Shown here in pieces: positions 32,201 to 40,199 of a DNA stretch of 64,000 nt. The first letter of the stretch is position 1. Each line of letters begins with the position of its first letter. A program made the position numbers and the translations under genes. Below the pieces are notes generated by a model that had not been told where the DNA came from, made no database searches, and saw only the letters and a program-made list of their open reading frames with translations. Where the stretch lies: assembly GCA_051251915.1 (NCBI GenBank), contig JBPOGF010000001.1, positions 352,001-416,000 on the forward strand. Direction: 5' to 3'. The DNA comes from Akkermansiaceae bacterium. Lineage in GTDB: Bacteria; Verrucomicrobiota; Verrucomicrobiia; Verrucomicrobiales; Akkermansiaceae.

Positions 32201-33204
32201 CTGTGGGTGCTGAGCTTTTCAATGTGATAGTGAATGAGAAGAGTGCTGAGGTGGTGAAGGAGGCTGGGGCTGAGAATACATTTACGTATTGGTTTCTTGT
32301 TAGTGAGTCTATTAAGGAGAATGAGTTGGCGACGGTTCAGATTACTTATGAGATGAGAGCGGGTGAGCGTGGTGGTGGGAAGGTGACTTTGCTGGGGCCT
32401 ATTTTGAGTATTCCTTTGGAGAATATTGATTGGTTTGTGATGCTTCCTGATGGGTATGATATGAGTGGGTATGAGGGTGAGTTTGTGTATGAGGATACGA
32501 TTTATAATGATGATCTGGGGAGTTATGCGGATGCGTTTAGGGAGATCAAGAAGGCGCGTTATTTCCAGCTTCGTGAGGAGGGGAAATTGGAGCTAGACAG
32601 GGCGATGGGGTATAGTAATGGGGGGGAGATCGATAAGGCGAATGCGGCGCTTCATAGGGTGATACGAAATCAGGCGGTGGATGCTGCGAGTAATGAGGAT
32701 GCGCGGGTGAAGCTGGAGAGTAATATGACTAGTCAGGCGATCATGGGGTTGAATACTCGGAGTCAGAGATCTTATATGGATAATAAGGCGATGGGGAATA
32801 CGCAGTATGATAATAATGCGCTTGAGGAGGCTGTTTCTAGGAATCCGTTTTTCTTGGGGAGTCGGAATTTCAATCCGAATCAGTTGGGGGATTTGATGCA
32901 GGGGAATAGTGATGAGGAGATTTTGGCGATGCAGCGGATAGCGCAGAAGTTGGTGAAGCCGCAGTTGGTATCGACGAATGCTGGGCAGGCTGTGGAGTTA
33001 GAGATTTTGGAGACTCGGAAGGTGGTGCATTTCCGTAAGGATGTGCATCTTGCTGGGGATAGTGGGTTGGCGATTCAGTTGGAGCTGGATCAGGCATCCC
33101 TTACAGGAAAAGGTGTAAGCTCACACAGTAGCAGCTCAAACTTTGGTCTCATCCTCCTCTTAGCCATCATCAGTTTCCTCGGAATGTGGTTAGCGAAGAG
33201 GTAG
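26272..33204 (+). CDS. Giant (2310 aa) exported/membrane hypothetical protein with repeated beta-rich modules
   Basis: Signal peptide, ~175-aa degenerate repeats, central TM bundle, C-terminal TM anchor. Confidence 0.85.
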   Translation: MKMKMKFVGVVVGLVMSLFGGALGQVAQDEVKATLRAGGDGGGGALIVEARGVPAKAPLFFTASSEQVVTVTSDAVRQSVSLHYKKLQGEDEVMSLVLNHKVDVKSVRGKGLKEWSVREVDGVHYLDVRMTNPKAEELKLVMEAELLLDGGETKPVVRLMTLGIPEGNGAGFSEAITIIKKGVQVNVTKAFGCVAAKPLLPNSIVFLSNEEADIELSILKYEGDYAGIDLRGVSLKGRVDADGESAVVRLRGELHVREVSEEPFYLLRGKVALTRVPEVGLFGGKLEIRSGKTGMHYGVVCKRVGVYPIDLEFAVPISSGTGWDTMNFVVPNGAVVPLEISELDGEIEFRDDRSTNMDFKDELSLWRGVLPASGLCDLQWRTKSRAGDGELFYTSHGVSEISIGSGLMHAVSTVTFKVLQGKMGKVEFDMAGAGEVVSVVGSQVGSWKVTEVAGKRVLECELKAETSDVSYVRVASQLPLGKFPTKVEPLSLTPRGTMRHSGFVRVSNSGAVRVETSVTEGLMQLSPDKFPSSGAKVKGSQQFVYRYPSADRRLIVSADQIISEVSVSHITTYEMSETDRVIEADVEIDISEARLREWSFMIPAEYSVSGVSSANMVDHVVSTTVENGMRSLKVLFGGEVIGRQLIRVRLEKNMSAAEGEWSLPVLAFPGVKSVRGDIGILSVSGWKMKPVEGSVESLDERPLAYFPKSNAVGDRLQHAYRTRSGEWGVRLEISAMGQSIQSDLLHLYHLKEGIMEAKVLAYYFVIGAPANEWKLQLPGSAENVSVEGQNVRTWHQDGEVLIVTLNQPVLGGAKLLVTYEEPMNASGGRINIGSVTPLGVQSESGYIHLVSSHQVKVSEVDKSEGLLRISPLEMPSEHQVLTSVPSVEAWQYASRPFGLSLTVETLELVKSLSQAVGAASLNTRVTSAGEVVTNATFLVNTRGKKALKMKLPEGNRLWTAKADGELINARIDGDELILPLPATKDANRYRELEIRYGGTSEDPRKVSVGPPVLSAPLTIAEWKVSGDNHLTPIGGNVKPLQMVVSRNGFDQLANEYRLLAGVMFLMLGGIFLLRSEVRDRWLILFGNLWLVATVVCCLIFGGNSIDTDVASFKEFDVVAPVVGEQEVVMLELANDSSAPSSLSGVGVFLMLAGVGLLVVGMVREELATTLVRASAVFVLLLGCLMHVGGAAYFYFVIGIFAALLLMRGIPKLLGQWNFESKSKKSVTVVGLLLVSFMGLMSDVSAADGVADSMVESWDVSEGKLSSELQVVWNAEEGQSLQVLRAPAVLLGAEGDGFRVIKVKEKVDGAMVWKLIAEESGEIRADVRYEMSFKDMAELAVNVPSGQAGVKSLEVVVDQAGWKISSAEAVRSEDLLDVGEGASGQRLTLLGMANATVMLKPMPRDRSKEKLRFLAEVADVYVPAPGVLDGRHKLKIKPLDGEVKELTVEIPDGLMVGNVVGGALDSWRFDAGQKVLTVTMKRALVQDFELMIMTQRGVKAYPQDLVLESVVVRGAATTVGAIGYGFGEDSQPDNAKVVDLLEINITDFDSDLLRAARDVQARFVLHKAYRYGEKRGKIDLRVAAVSPEIRVQTQQTIRLTDERMSLQVQAMVNITRAGVFELKFYVPEGLDVEAINSPALRDWSVVDVNGRRLATMFLNGKTMGEHGFAITLLGDAPEVDPGVEADVWGVPRWLLEGVSRQRGVLTLVPDHGIRLRVAERQHASQVDSKGNVGENKGSLAFRLLQKDWKISLNVEQLDPWITAEILQQVNVREGLTKHWMNLHFHVDHAVVKQFQVRIPGVGVEQSNQLRASGPAVKEIVHVEGDVWQVNLRRGVIGDVPVQIGYQELKLRDGDVEVISPVQLLDTKQTTHYVAVRAPGQLELSAAELREWRGFDWGNVPGKLYNISDRSEPSLCYRVMDAGVNMDLGVKRHSMAGTLKLRVESGEMRTMFSADGSALSRLSLAVNVAEKSSLRISLPVGAELFNVIVNEKSAEVVKEAGAENTFTYWFLVSESIKENELATVQITYEMRAGERGGGKVTLLGPILSIPLENIDWFVMLPDGYDMSGYEGEFVYEDTIYNDDLGSYADAFREIKKARYFQLREEGKLELDRAMGYSNGGEIDKANAALHRVIRNQAVDAASNEDARVKLESNMTSQAIMGLNTRSQRSYMDNKAMGNTQYDNNALEEAVSRNPFFLGSRNFNPNQLGDLMQGNSDEEILAMQRIAQKLVKPQLVSTNAGQAVELEILETRKVVHFRKDVHLAGDSGLAIQLELDQASLTGKGVSSHSSSSNFGLILLLAIISFLGMWLAKR

Positions 33205-33210
33205 AAGACG

Positions 33211-33300
33211 GGAGCGTTGGCGTTCCGCCCGAATCAGCCCGAGCACTCTGCTAGTAGAGTGCTCTACATTGCAGATCTAGGCAAGATGCACGCGCTCCTG
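33211..33300. repeat. REP-like inverted repeat between convergent genes
   Basis: ggagcg...cgcgctcc outer arms; inner gagcactctgc-ta-gtagagtgctc hairpin. Confidence 0.7.
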
Positions 33301-33358
33301 ACTCCGGTTAAATTTATCGATTACAATCACACTCCGTCTCGCGTGTTCTGCTTAATTT

Positions 33359-34585
33359 CTATTCAGCGAGGCTGTCTTTGATTTCAGGGGATTCGAGCAT
33401 TTTCTTTTCTTCTTGCTGAAGCTCTTTGAGAGCTTTTTTCAATTGTTTGTGGAGAGGGCTATCTTTATTGATACCATGTTTTACAGAGAGTACTTTTCTG
33501 TGAATGGTGATGTAGGTTCGTATTTTTACTGCAAATTTTGCTATCTCTGGGTGAAGATTGTGTTGAATTTTACCAATGTTTCTAATCGCGTCCTTATGGG
33601 GGTCACTATGTGCATATTTGTCAACTGATCCACGGCTGTGTTTTGCCCTAGTGAATGGTGCTGTAGCTTTATTGATACGATTGAAGGAGCCGATAACTGA
33701 GTAACTTTTTGGCATTCTGTTGAGCTTGTAATAAGCTGCAATCAGTGCCGATTGGTGGTTTTTCATCGCTTTGCCAGTGATAGCAATTTGCTTAAACACA
33801 GCGGAGGTTTTAAGTGCTAATTTTCCTTTGCTAGCAATGATTTTTTGAGCTTTACTGTAGGCAGCTAATGCCTTGGTTGTGTTCTCATCTAGGTCTTTAA
33901 ATGCTACCTTCACAGCTTGATCTAGGTCTTTTACTGAAATAATTTGAATGCTGGTTAGAAGTTCAATTTCTCCGTCAATTGCAGCATCCATTACAGCGGG
34001 GATATTTTTTTCTGGGATAAGGATGTAGTTACATCCAGCATTTTTAGCGGCTCTAATTTTATCAACAACGCCGCCTATTGGTTGGATGGTTCTATCAGAG
34101 TTCATGTCACCTGTGCAGGCGAGGTCTTGCCGTAGTTCTTTTCCTGTGAAAATAGATTCGAGAAGGAGTGAGTAGGCTACTGCGGCAGAGGGGCCATCTT
34201 TGCCACCATGTTTATCGGCAAAGCTTATGGTTAGATTCTCACCTTTTGGCCAGCCATCGTATTTCAAAAACATACCTTTATTCACAGCGGTGAAAGATTT
34301 GATCATGGATTCACCAACATCCTGATTCAACTGCGTAGCCATAGGTTGGTCAATGTCGTCTGAAGGCAAGACGGAGGCAGTTAGCTTGGAGACAGACGCA
34401 CCATAATTACCTTTAGTGATTTCTCTAATGAGAAGAGCGTTAATAGAGATTTGGCGAATTTTAATTGGTAATTTTTTAGCAGTAGCTCCAGTTGGGCTAG
34501 GAACTTTGCTTGTTGGAGCCTTAGCGCTAATAAACTGAAATGATAGAACAAGAGTAAGAAAGTAGATGATAGTCTGATATTTCAT
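33359..34585 (-). CDS. Secreted S16 (Lon C-terminal) serine protease without ATPase domain
   Basis: Signal peptide; KDGPSA (Ser), TGDM, PIGGVVDKIRAA (Lys), ILIPEKN. Confidence 0.88.
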   Translation of the reverse strand: MKYQTIIYFLTLVLSFQFISAKAPTSKVPSPTGATAKKLPIKIRQISINALLIREITKGNYGASVSKLTASVLPSDDIDQPMATQLNQDVGESMIKSFTAVNKGMFLKYDGWPKGENLTISFADKHGGKDGPSAAVAYSLLLESIFTGKELRQDLACTGDMNSDRTIQPIGGVVDKIRAAKNAGCNYILIPEKNIPAVMDAAIDGEIELLTSIQIISVKDLDQAVKVAFKDLDENTTKALAAYSKAQKIIASKGKLALKTSAVFKQIAITGKAMKNHQSALIAAYYKLNRMPKSYSVIGSFNRINKATAPFTRAKHSRGSVDKYAHSDPHKDAIRNIGKIQHNLHPEIAKFAVKIRTYITIHRKVLSVKHGINKDSPLHKQLKKALKELQQEEKKMLESPEIKDSLAE

Positions 34586-34683
34586 AATAACGCTTCCAAG
34601 ATACCTATGAGTTTAATCGGGAGCAAGAAGATAAACCTGAAGAGTTATCTTAGTTTCAAGCTCTAAGGGTAAAAGTAGAGTGG

Positions 34684-37600
34684 TTACTTATTCTTTATGA
34701 AGCCGATGGTTACTGGGATGAGGCAGGCGATGAGGATGAGGAGGATGTAGGGTAGGATGCCGGTGGTTTTGTTGGCTTTGTGTGGGGTGAATGCTTTCTC
34801 TTCGGATTGAGTTGTAGCTAGGTTTGTTGTTTCTGGGTGAGGTAGGGTGGTGGCGTCTAGTGGGGTGGTGGTGTTTCCTAGCTCTTTTCTGACTTTGGCT
34901 ACTTCTTCGGTGGTGATGGGGGTGGAGTTGTTGTTCCAGTCTGGGTTGGTTCTGATGTAGGTTAGGATGTTTGCTAGGTCGTCATCGCTGAGTCTGGCGT
35001 TGCTGGGCATGGCGATGGTGTCGTAGACTTTGCCTTTGACTTTGATGGGGCCGGTGAGGCCGAGGAGTTGCATTTTGATGAGGGTTTCTTTGTCGCCGCT
35101 GACCCATTCTGATCCGGCTAGTGGAGGGAAGGTTTCGTTGCCTTCGCCGGAGGGTTGGTGGCATGCCATGCAGTTCATTTCGTAGAGTTGCTTTTGACGC
35201 TGAGCTAGTGGCATTTCTTTGATTTGTGCATCGGTTTTGACTTCGTTGAGGTCGAATGGTTTGGCTTCTACGGCGGCGACGATGTGTTTGCCTTTTTCGT
35301 CTTCGAGGGAGTCTAGGAATGCGAGTACGTCACGGGTTTCTTTAAGGGTGAGCTTGTCCTTCATGGAGGGCATGGCTGAGTTTGAGAAGGAGAGGCTTTG
35401 GTAGTCGCTGTGTGAGATGAGGCGCGGTGCGTCTCCGATCTGGACGACGAGTCCTGCTGGTCTGTAGTCTAGGATGGTGCCGGAGACTTGGCCTTTCTCG
35501 AATTCAGCGGTGACGGTGCCGAAGCCTGGGGCGATGGATTCGTCTGGGATCATGATGGCTTCTAGGAGGTCTTTGCGGAGGTGGTGGACTCGCTTGGCGA
35601 TGCCTGCGAGGTTAGGGCCTGCGTCTCCGCCGCCGTCGTGGACGGTGAGGTAGTCTGTGTGGTGGCATTTGGCGCATTGTGCGGTGCCTTGGTTCTTGAA
35701 GGTGAGTCTGCCCGCTACTGGGTCACCGCCGTGGAGAGCTGGGAGCCATTTGGCGAGGGGTTCAGATTTAGGGTAGCTGCGCTGGTATTTTTTGAGGGCG
35801 GCTTTGACGTCTGGGTCGAGGAAGGTTTTGGCGACGTCTAGGATCTCGATGGCTGCGAGGTGTTCTTGGGCGCGGTCTGTGAGGTTGTGGATGGAGGAGA
35901 TGAGGTGTTTGTTGGTTTGCTCGCTTTGGATGCCTTGGAATAGAGGCCAGGCTTGTTGTTGGAGTTTGGCGACTGGTTGTTTGGTGGCGCGGATGAGTGC
36001 GCGGTGTGTTTGTGGTGATTCTGGTGCGTGTTTGGCGACTATTTTTAGTGCTTGGGTGACTAGGGGTAAGTTTTTGTGGTTGGTTAGTTTAGCGGCTTGG
36101 GCGGCTCCTGCATCTGGGGATTTGGTGAAGAGGAGGTCGAGTGCTTTTGCTCTGACTGGTGGTGAGATTTTGGAATCTTGGACGAGTGCGGTGAGCTTGG
36201 TTTCATCCATGTCTGGGAGGTCTAGCTGGTAGCTCTGGATGAGGTGGAATGCTTGTTCTGCGACGAAGCTGTCTGAGTCTAGGAGGTTTTTGATTTCAGA
36301 TGCTAGGGTGTCTTTGATGAGTTGATTCTCGGCGGGGTTTCTTATGAGTGGTGCGTGTTTGCCGAGGCTTTGGTCGGCGGGGTTAGGGGTGAGCCAGATG
36401 TCTAGGAGGCGGAGTGCTTCTTGGCGTTGTTCTTGGTCGCGGGTGGGGTCAGTGGCGAATTTGGTGAGGCGTAGGATGTTGTCTTGACCACCGACTCGGA
36501 AGGCGGAGTGGATGAGGCGGCGCTGCATCATGGGGGTAAGTTTTTTGTTGAGAGAGGTGTTGTCTAGGAGCTTGGCGACAGCTGGTTGGAGGTCGAGGAG
36601 TTGTTGGTCATGAATGGCGCGGATGGCTGCTTGCCAGACTTTGGGGTTGGCGTCGTTTAGTGAGTTTGCTAGTGCTGGGTCTTGTTGTTTTCTGAGTGCA
36701 AGGACGGCTGCTAGTCTTACTTTTTCGTTGCTGTGACGCTGTGGGATGGTGAGGTCTGGGGAGACTGCGAGGAGGGCTTGGACGCCGGAGTGGCGTGTGT
36801 GGGCGTCTGCTGGTGAGGCGATGATGTAGTCGATGACTTGATTTTCTAACAGGAGCTCTGGGTGTCTGCCGATGGAGAGTGCTGCGAAGGAGCTGACGCG
36901 TTGGCTTTTGTCTGTTAGGCCGGCGGCTAGGGTGGCTTTTAGGTCTGGGTGAGCGGGTGCTTCAGAGAGGACTTTGATGGCTTGGGCGCGGACTTCTGGG
37001 TCTTGGTCGGTGGCCCATGTGATGAGTTCTGCTGTGGCTTGGAGGTCTTGGTTTTTGCGTGCGAGCATTCCTAGTCCCCAGATTCCGTGGAGTCTCATGA
37101 GGCGGTTTTGTGTTTGCTGGATGGCGGTGTGGAAGTGTGAGCGGGCGTCTTCTAGCTCAGTGATGGTGAACTGGGCGCGGAGTCTGACGCGCATGTCTGG
37201 GTGGCCTAGGAGGGGGAGGAGTTTAGCTAGGGGTAAGTTTTCTATGCCTTGGCTGATGAGGGTTTTGACTTCGTCTATTTTGTCGGCGTTGACTGGGGAG
37301 TCTGGGGTTATTTTATAGATTCTACCTTGTTGGTGGGTGTGCCAGCCTTTGATGAAGTCTGTGACGTAGACGCTGCCGTCGTATCCGTATTCGATGTCTG
37401 TGGCAGCTACGTTTGCGTTGAATTTGGTGGGGTTGAGGAATTTCATTCCTGCTCCGTCTGGCTCGATGCTGAAGCTCTGGATGAAGCTGGCTGTGGGTGC
37501 GCCTTTGTAGTCACAGATGAGGAATTTATTGGCGTAGTCTGGGTGTGCTCCGACGCCTGGGTCGTAGGTGAGTCCGCTGGGGCCGTTGGTGAAGTTTCCG

Positions 37601-38640
37601 ATGGGGGGGAGGATGTTGAGTGGCTGGTCAGAGTTTTCTGTGTGCCACATTTTTTCTACCATCCAGCGGCTGATGGGGTGTTTTTCTAGGCCGATGGTGT
37701 TGTGGAAGCTGTGGAGGATCTGGTGTCCCATGCGCCAGCCTGAGTCTGCTTGGTCAACGAAGTAGACGACGCGTGCTTCGTCTCCTTGGTCTGAGTTGTT
37801 GTCGACGGTGATGCCGTTGCCGAATTGGTCGAAGGCGATTTCTTTTGGGTTACGGAGTCCGGTGTGGACGATTTCTAGGTTGGAGCCATCGGGGTCGAAC
37901 CGCATGATGGCGCCTTGGCCTGGGAGGACGTAGTGTTTGCCTTCTTTGGTTTTGATGTTGATGCCGCGGTCGCCGATGGTGGCGTAGATGCGGCCGTCTG
38001 GGGCGAGGGTGAAGCCGTTGAGGTCGTGTCCGGAGTATGAGACGCGGACGCCGAAGCCTTCTTGGAGTGATGTTTGTTGGTCGGCGATGCCGTCGTTATT
38101 GGTGTCTTTGAGGGTCCATATGTTAGGGATACAGGCGAAGTAGGTGGTGCCGTTGTAGCTGAAGATGCCTGCGGCGGTGCCGTCTAGTGGGTTGTTAAAT
38201 CCGTCTGCGTAGAGGTTACTGGAGTCTAGGGTTCCGTCTTGGTTGGAGTCGAAGATGCGGCGGATTTTTTCTGCGTTTTGGGTGTAGTGTTCTGGTTTGA
38301 TTCTGTCGTAATATTTCTCGTAGAGCTTGAGTCGATCTGAGGTGGTCTGACTTGCGATGTCGTCTGGGATCCAGAATCTGCGGCCTCGGTTGTCATCGAC
38401 GCCGTGGTTGTTCATGAATCTCCAGGTTTCTGAGATGAAGATATTTCCTTGTTCGTCTAGTGTGAGGGCGGTGGGGGATACGATGCCGTGCGATGCGTGG
38501 TCACCGATGATGGTGAGCTTGGAGTTCTCAGGGATGGTGATGAGGGGGATGGCTTCACTGGAGGTAAGTTTTTGAGCGTGGGAGCTAAGGCTGAGTCCAA
38601 GAGTGAGTGTGAGTGCGGTGGTGATGAGTGATTTGATCAT
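34684..38640 (-). CDS. PVC-type heme-binding protein (dehydrogenase-like propeller, HEAT repeats, two c-type hemes)
   Basis: GLRNP propeller motifs, HEAT-like helices, CAKCH...GPNLAGI...SAMP, CMACH...FPPLAGSEWV...AMP, C-terminal TM. Confidence 0.9.
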   Translation of the reverse strand: MIKSLITTALTLTLGLSLSSHAQKLTSSEAIPLITIPENSKLTIIGDHASHGIVSPTALTLDEQGNIFISETWRFMNNHGVDDNRGRRFWIPDDIASQTTSDRLKLYEKYYDRIKPEHYTQNAEKIRRIFDSNQDGTLDSSNLYADGFNNPLDGTAAGIFSYNGTTYFACIPNIWTLKDTNNDGIADQQTSLQEGFGVRVSYSGHDLNGFTLAPDGRIYATIGDRGINIKTKEGKHYVLPGQGAIMRFDPDGSNLEIVHTGLRNPKEIAFDQFGNGITVDNNSDQGDEARVVYFVDQADSGWRMGHQILHSFHNTIGLEKHPISRWMVEKMWHTENSDQPLNILPPIGNFTNGPSGLTYDPGVGAHPDYANKFLICDYKGAPTASFIQSFSIEPDGAGMKFLNPTKFNANVAATDIEYGYDGSVYVTDFIKGWHTHQQGRIYKITPDSPVNADKIDEVKTLISQGIENLPLAKLLPLLGHPDMRVRLRAQFTITELEDARSHFHTAIQQTQNRLMRLHGIWGLGMLARKNQDLQATAELITWATDQDPEVRAQAIKVLSEAPAHPDLKATLAAGLTDKSQRVSSFAALSIGRHPELLLENQVIDYIIASPADAHTRHSGVQALLAVSPDLTIPQRHSNEKVRLAAVLALRKQQDPALANSLNDANPKVWQAAIRAIHDQQLLDLQPAVAKLLDNTSLNKKLTPMMQRRLIHSAFRVGGQDNILRLTKFATDPTRDQEQRQEALRLLDIWLTPNPADQSLGKHAPLIRNPAENQLIKDTLASEIKNLLDSDSFVAEQAFHLIQSYQLDLPDMDETKLTALVQDSKISPPVRAKALDLLFTKSPDAGAAQAAKLTNHKNLPLVTQALKIVAKHAPESPQTHRALIRATKQPVAKLQQQAWPLFQGIQSEQTNKHLISSIHNLTDRAQEHLAAIEILDVAKTFLDPDVKAALKKYQRSYPKSEPLAKWLPALHGGDPVAGRLTFKNQGTAQCAKCHHTDYLTVHDGGGDAGPNLAGIAKRVHHLRKDLLEAIMIPDESIAPGFGTVTAEFEKGQVSGTILDYRPAGLVVQIGDAPRLISHSDYQSLSFSNSAMPSMKDKLTLKETRDVLAFLDSLEDEKGKHIVAAVEAKPFDLNEVKTDAQIKEMPLAQRQKQLYEMNCMACHQPSGEGNETFPPLAGSEWVSGDKETLIKMQLLGLTGPIKVKGKVYDTIAMPSNARLSDDDLANILTYIRTNPDWNNNSTPITTEEVAKVRKELGNTTTPLDATTLPHPETTNLATTQSEEKAFTPHKANKTTGILPYILLILIACLIPVTIGFIKNK

Positions 38641-38651
38641 GACGGAAATTG

Positions 38652-40079
38652 TTATTTAGTTGCTTGAGTGTGGAAGTCACCTCCTAGGGCGAGGTGGAGG
38701 TCGATGCGGTTAAGGAGGCGGCTGTTGCGAAGATTGATGAGGGAGGAGCGGGCGTTGTTGGCGCGGCGTTGAGATTCTAGGATTTCTAGGATGCCGGAGT
38801 TTTCGATTCCTTCGGAGTAGTCGAGCTCGGCGGATCTTTCGGCGAAGGTGGCTTGTTTACTTTCTTGGATGAGGAAGAGTTCTTGTTTTTTGAGTGAGTC
38901 GTCGCGAGCGATGGCGGCTTCGACTTCACTGAAGGCCCGGATGGCGGTAGTGGAGTAGTCGTAGATGGCGGCTTTGTTTCTGGCGAGAGCTGCTTGGGCG
39001 TTGGATTTGAGTTCGCCTCCGTTATAGATGCTTTGGGTGAGGGAGGCGGCTACGTTTGCGGCGATAAAGTGTGGGTTGAAGAGGTTGCTGGCAGAGGTGT
39101 CGCCGGTGGAGGCGCGGGAGGAAAGGCTGATGGAGGGGAGGAGGTTTTTGCGGGTTGCGTCTGCTTGTTTTGCTGAATTGAAGATGTCTAGCTGGGCTGC
39201 TACGAGGTCTGGTCGGCGGGAGACGAGGGTGGCTGGAAGGCTTACGGGGATGGAGTCTTTGAGGTGTGGTAGGGTGTTAGATGCTTGGATTTCTGCGGCT
39301 GGGTATCTGCCGAGTAGGGCTTCTAGGGTTCTGGCGGAATTGTCGCGCTGAAGGGTGGTGCTTTCTATAGATCTCTGGGCGGATGCTACGTTGGTGCGGC
39401 TGAGTTGGACGGCGATGGCTCGGGTGCCTGGGACGCCTGCTTTGTAGTTACGCTCGACGATGTCTTTATTTTTTTTGAAGGATTCGAGGGTTTGTATGGC
39501 GAGTTGTAATTGTTGGCCGGCGGTGACTAGGTTACAGTATGCTTTGGCGGTGTTTGCTGCGAGTGAGAGTCTGGCGTTGCGGTAGTCTTCTACTGAGGCT
39601 TTGTAGTTGGAGATGGATACATCATTTAGGTCGCGGAGTCTGCCCCAGATGTCTGGTTCCCAAGAGGCGTTGATGGAGAGTCCGTAGGATTCGCTGATGC
39701 TACGGGAGGAATCACCATTTCCGCTTCTGGATCGTGAGGTAGAGGAGGAGGCAGAGACAGAGGGGAGGAGGTTGGCTTTGGCGCCGATGGTGCCGAGTTT
39801 GGTGGCGCGGAGTCTGGCAGCAGCTGCGTTGAGGTTGGGGTTGTTAGAGATGGCTTCGTTTACTAGACGGGTCATGGCTGGTGAGCTGAACTCTGTGAGC
39901 CAGGCGGTGGAAATGCGTCCGTGTTGGCCTTTTGAGGCTGCACTCCATGAACTGGGCGCGGTGTTGTTGATGGTGGAGACGCTGCCAGTCTTTACGTGTT
40001 TTGCGCATCCTGCTAGTGAAAGGATGAGGATGGATAGAGTGGTGGTGCGAAGAATGGAGCGGAATGCCTTAGTTGCCAT
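38652..40079 (-). CDS. Outer-membrane efflux lipoprotein (NodT/OprM/TolC family)
   Basis: Lipobox LAGC, ASWEPDIWGR, RRPDL, L.LALGG. Confidence 0.93.
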   Translation of the reverse strand: MATKAFRSILRTTTLSILILSLAGCAKHVKTGSVSTINNTAPSSWSAASKGQHGRISTAWLTEFSSPAMTRLVNEAISNNPNLNAAAARLRATKLGTIGAKANLLPSVSASSSTSRSRSGNGDSSRSISESYGLSINASWEPDIWGRLRDLNDVSISNYKASVEDYRNARLSLAANTAKAYCNLVTAGQQLQLAIQTLESFKKNKDIVERNYKAGVPGTRAIAVQLSRTNVASAQRSIESTTLQRDNSARTLEALLGRYPAAEIQASNTLPHLKDSIPVSLPATLVSRRPDLVAAQLDIFNSAKQADATRKNLLPSISLSSRASTGDTSASNLFNPHFIAANVAASLTQSIYNGGELKSNAQAALARNKAAIYDYSTTAIRAFSEVEAAIARDDSLKKQELFLIQESKQATFAERSAELDYSEGIENSGILEILESQRRANNARSSLINLRNSRLLNRIDLHLALGGDFHTQATK

Positions 40080-40135
40080 GGTGGGTATTCTAGCGATGTG
40101 GGAATTTTTTCAAGCTAGATGTGAGGGAGAGGAAT

Positions 40136-40171
40136 AAAAAAGCTCACTGAGGCTAGGCCTAGTGAGCTTTT
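40136..40171 (-). terminator. Rho-independent terminator after aspS
   Basis: aaaaaagctcactgaggc / gcctagtgagctttt. Confidence 0.85.
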
Positions 40172-40199
40172 GAGAGATTATTACGGGTGAAAGCCGTGT

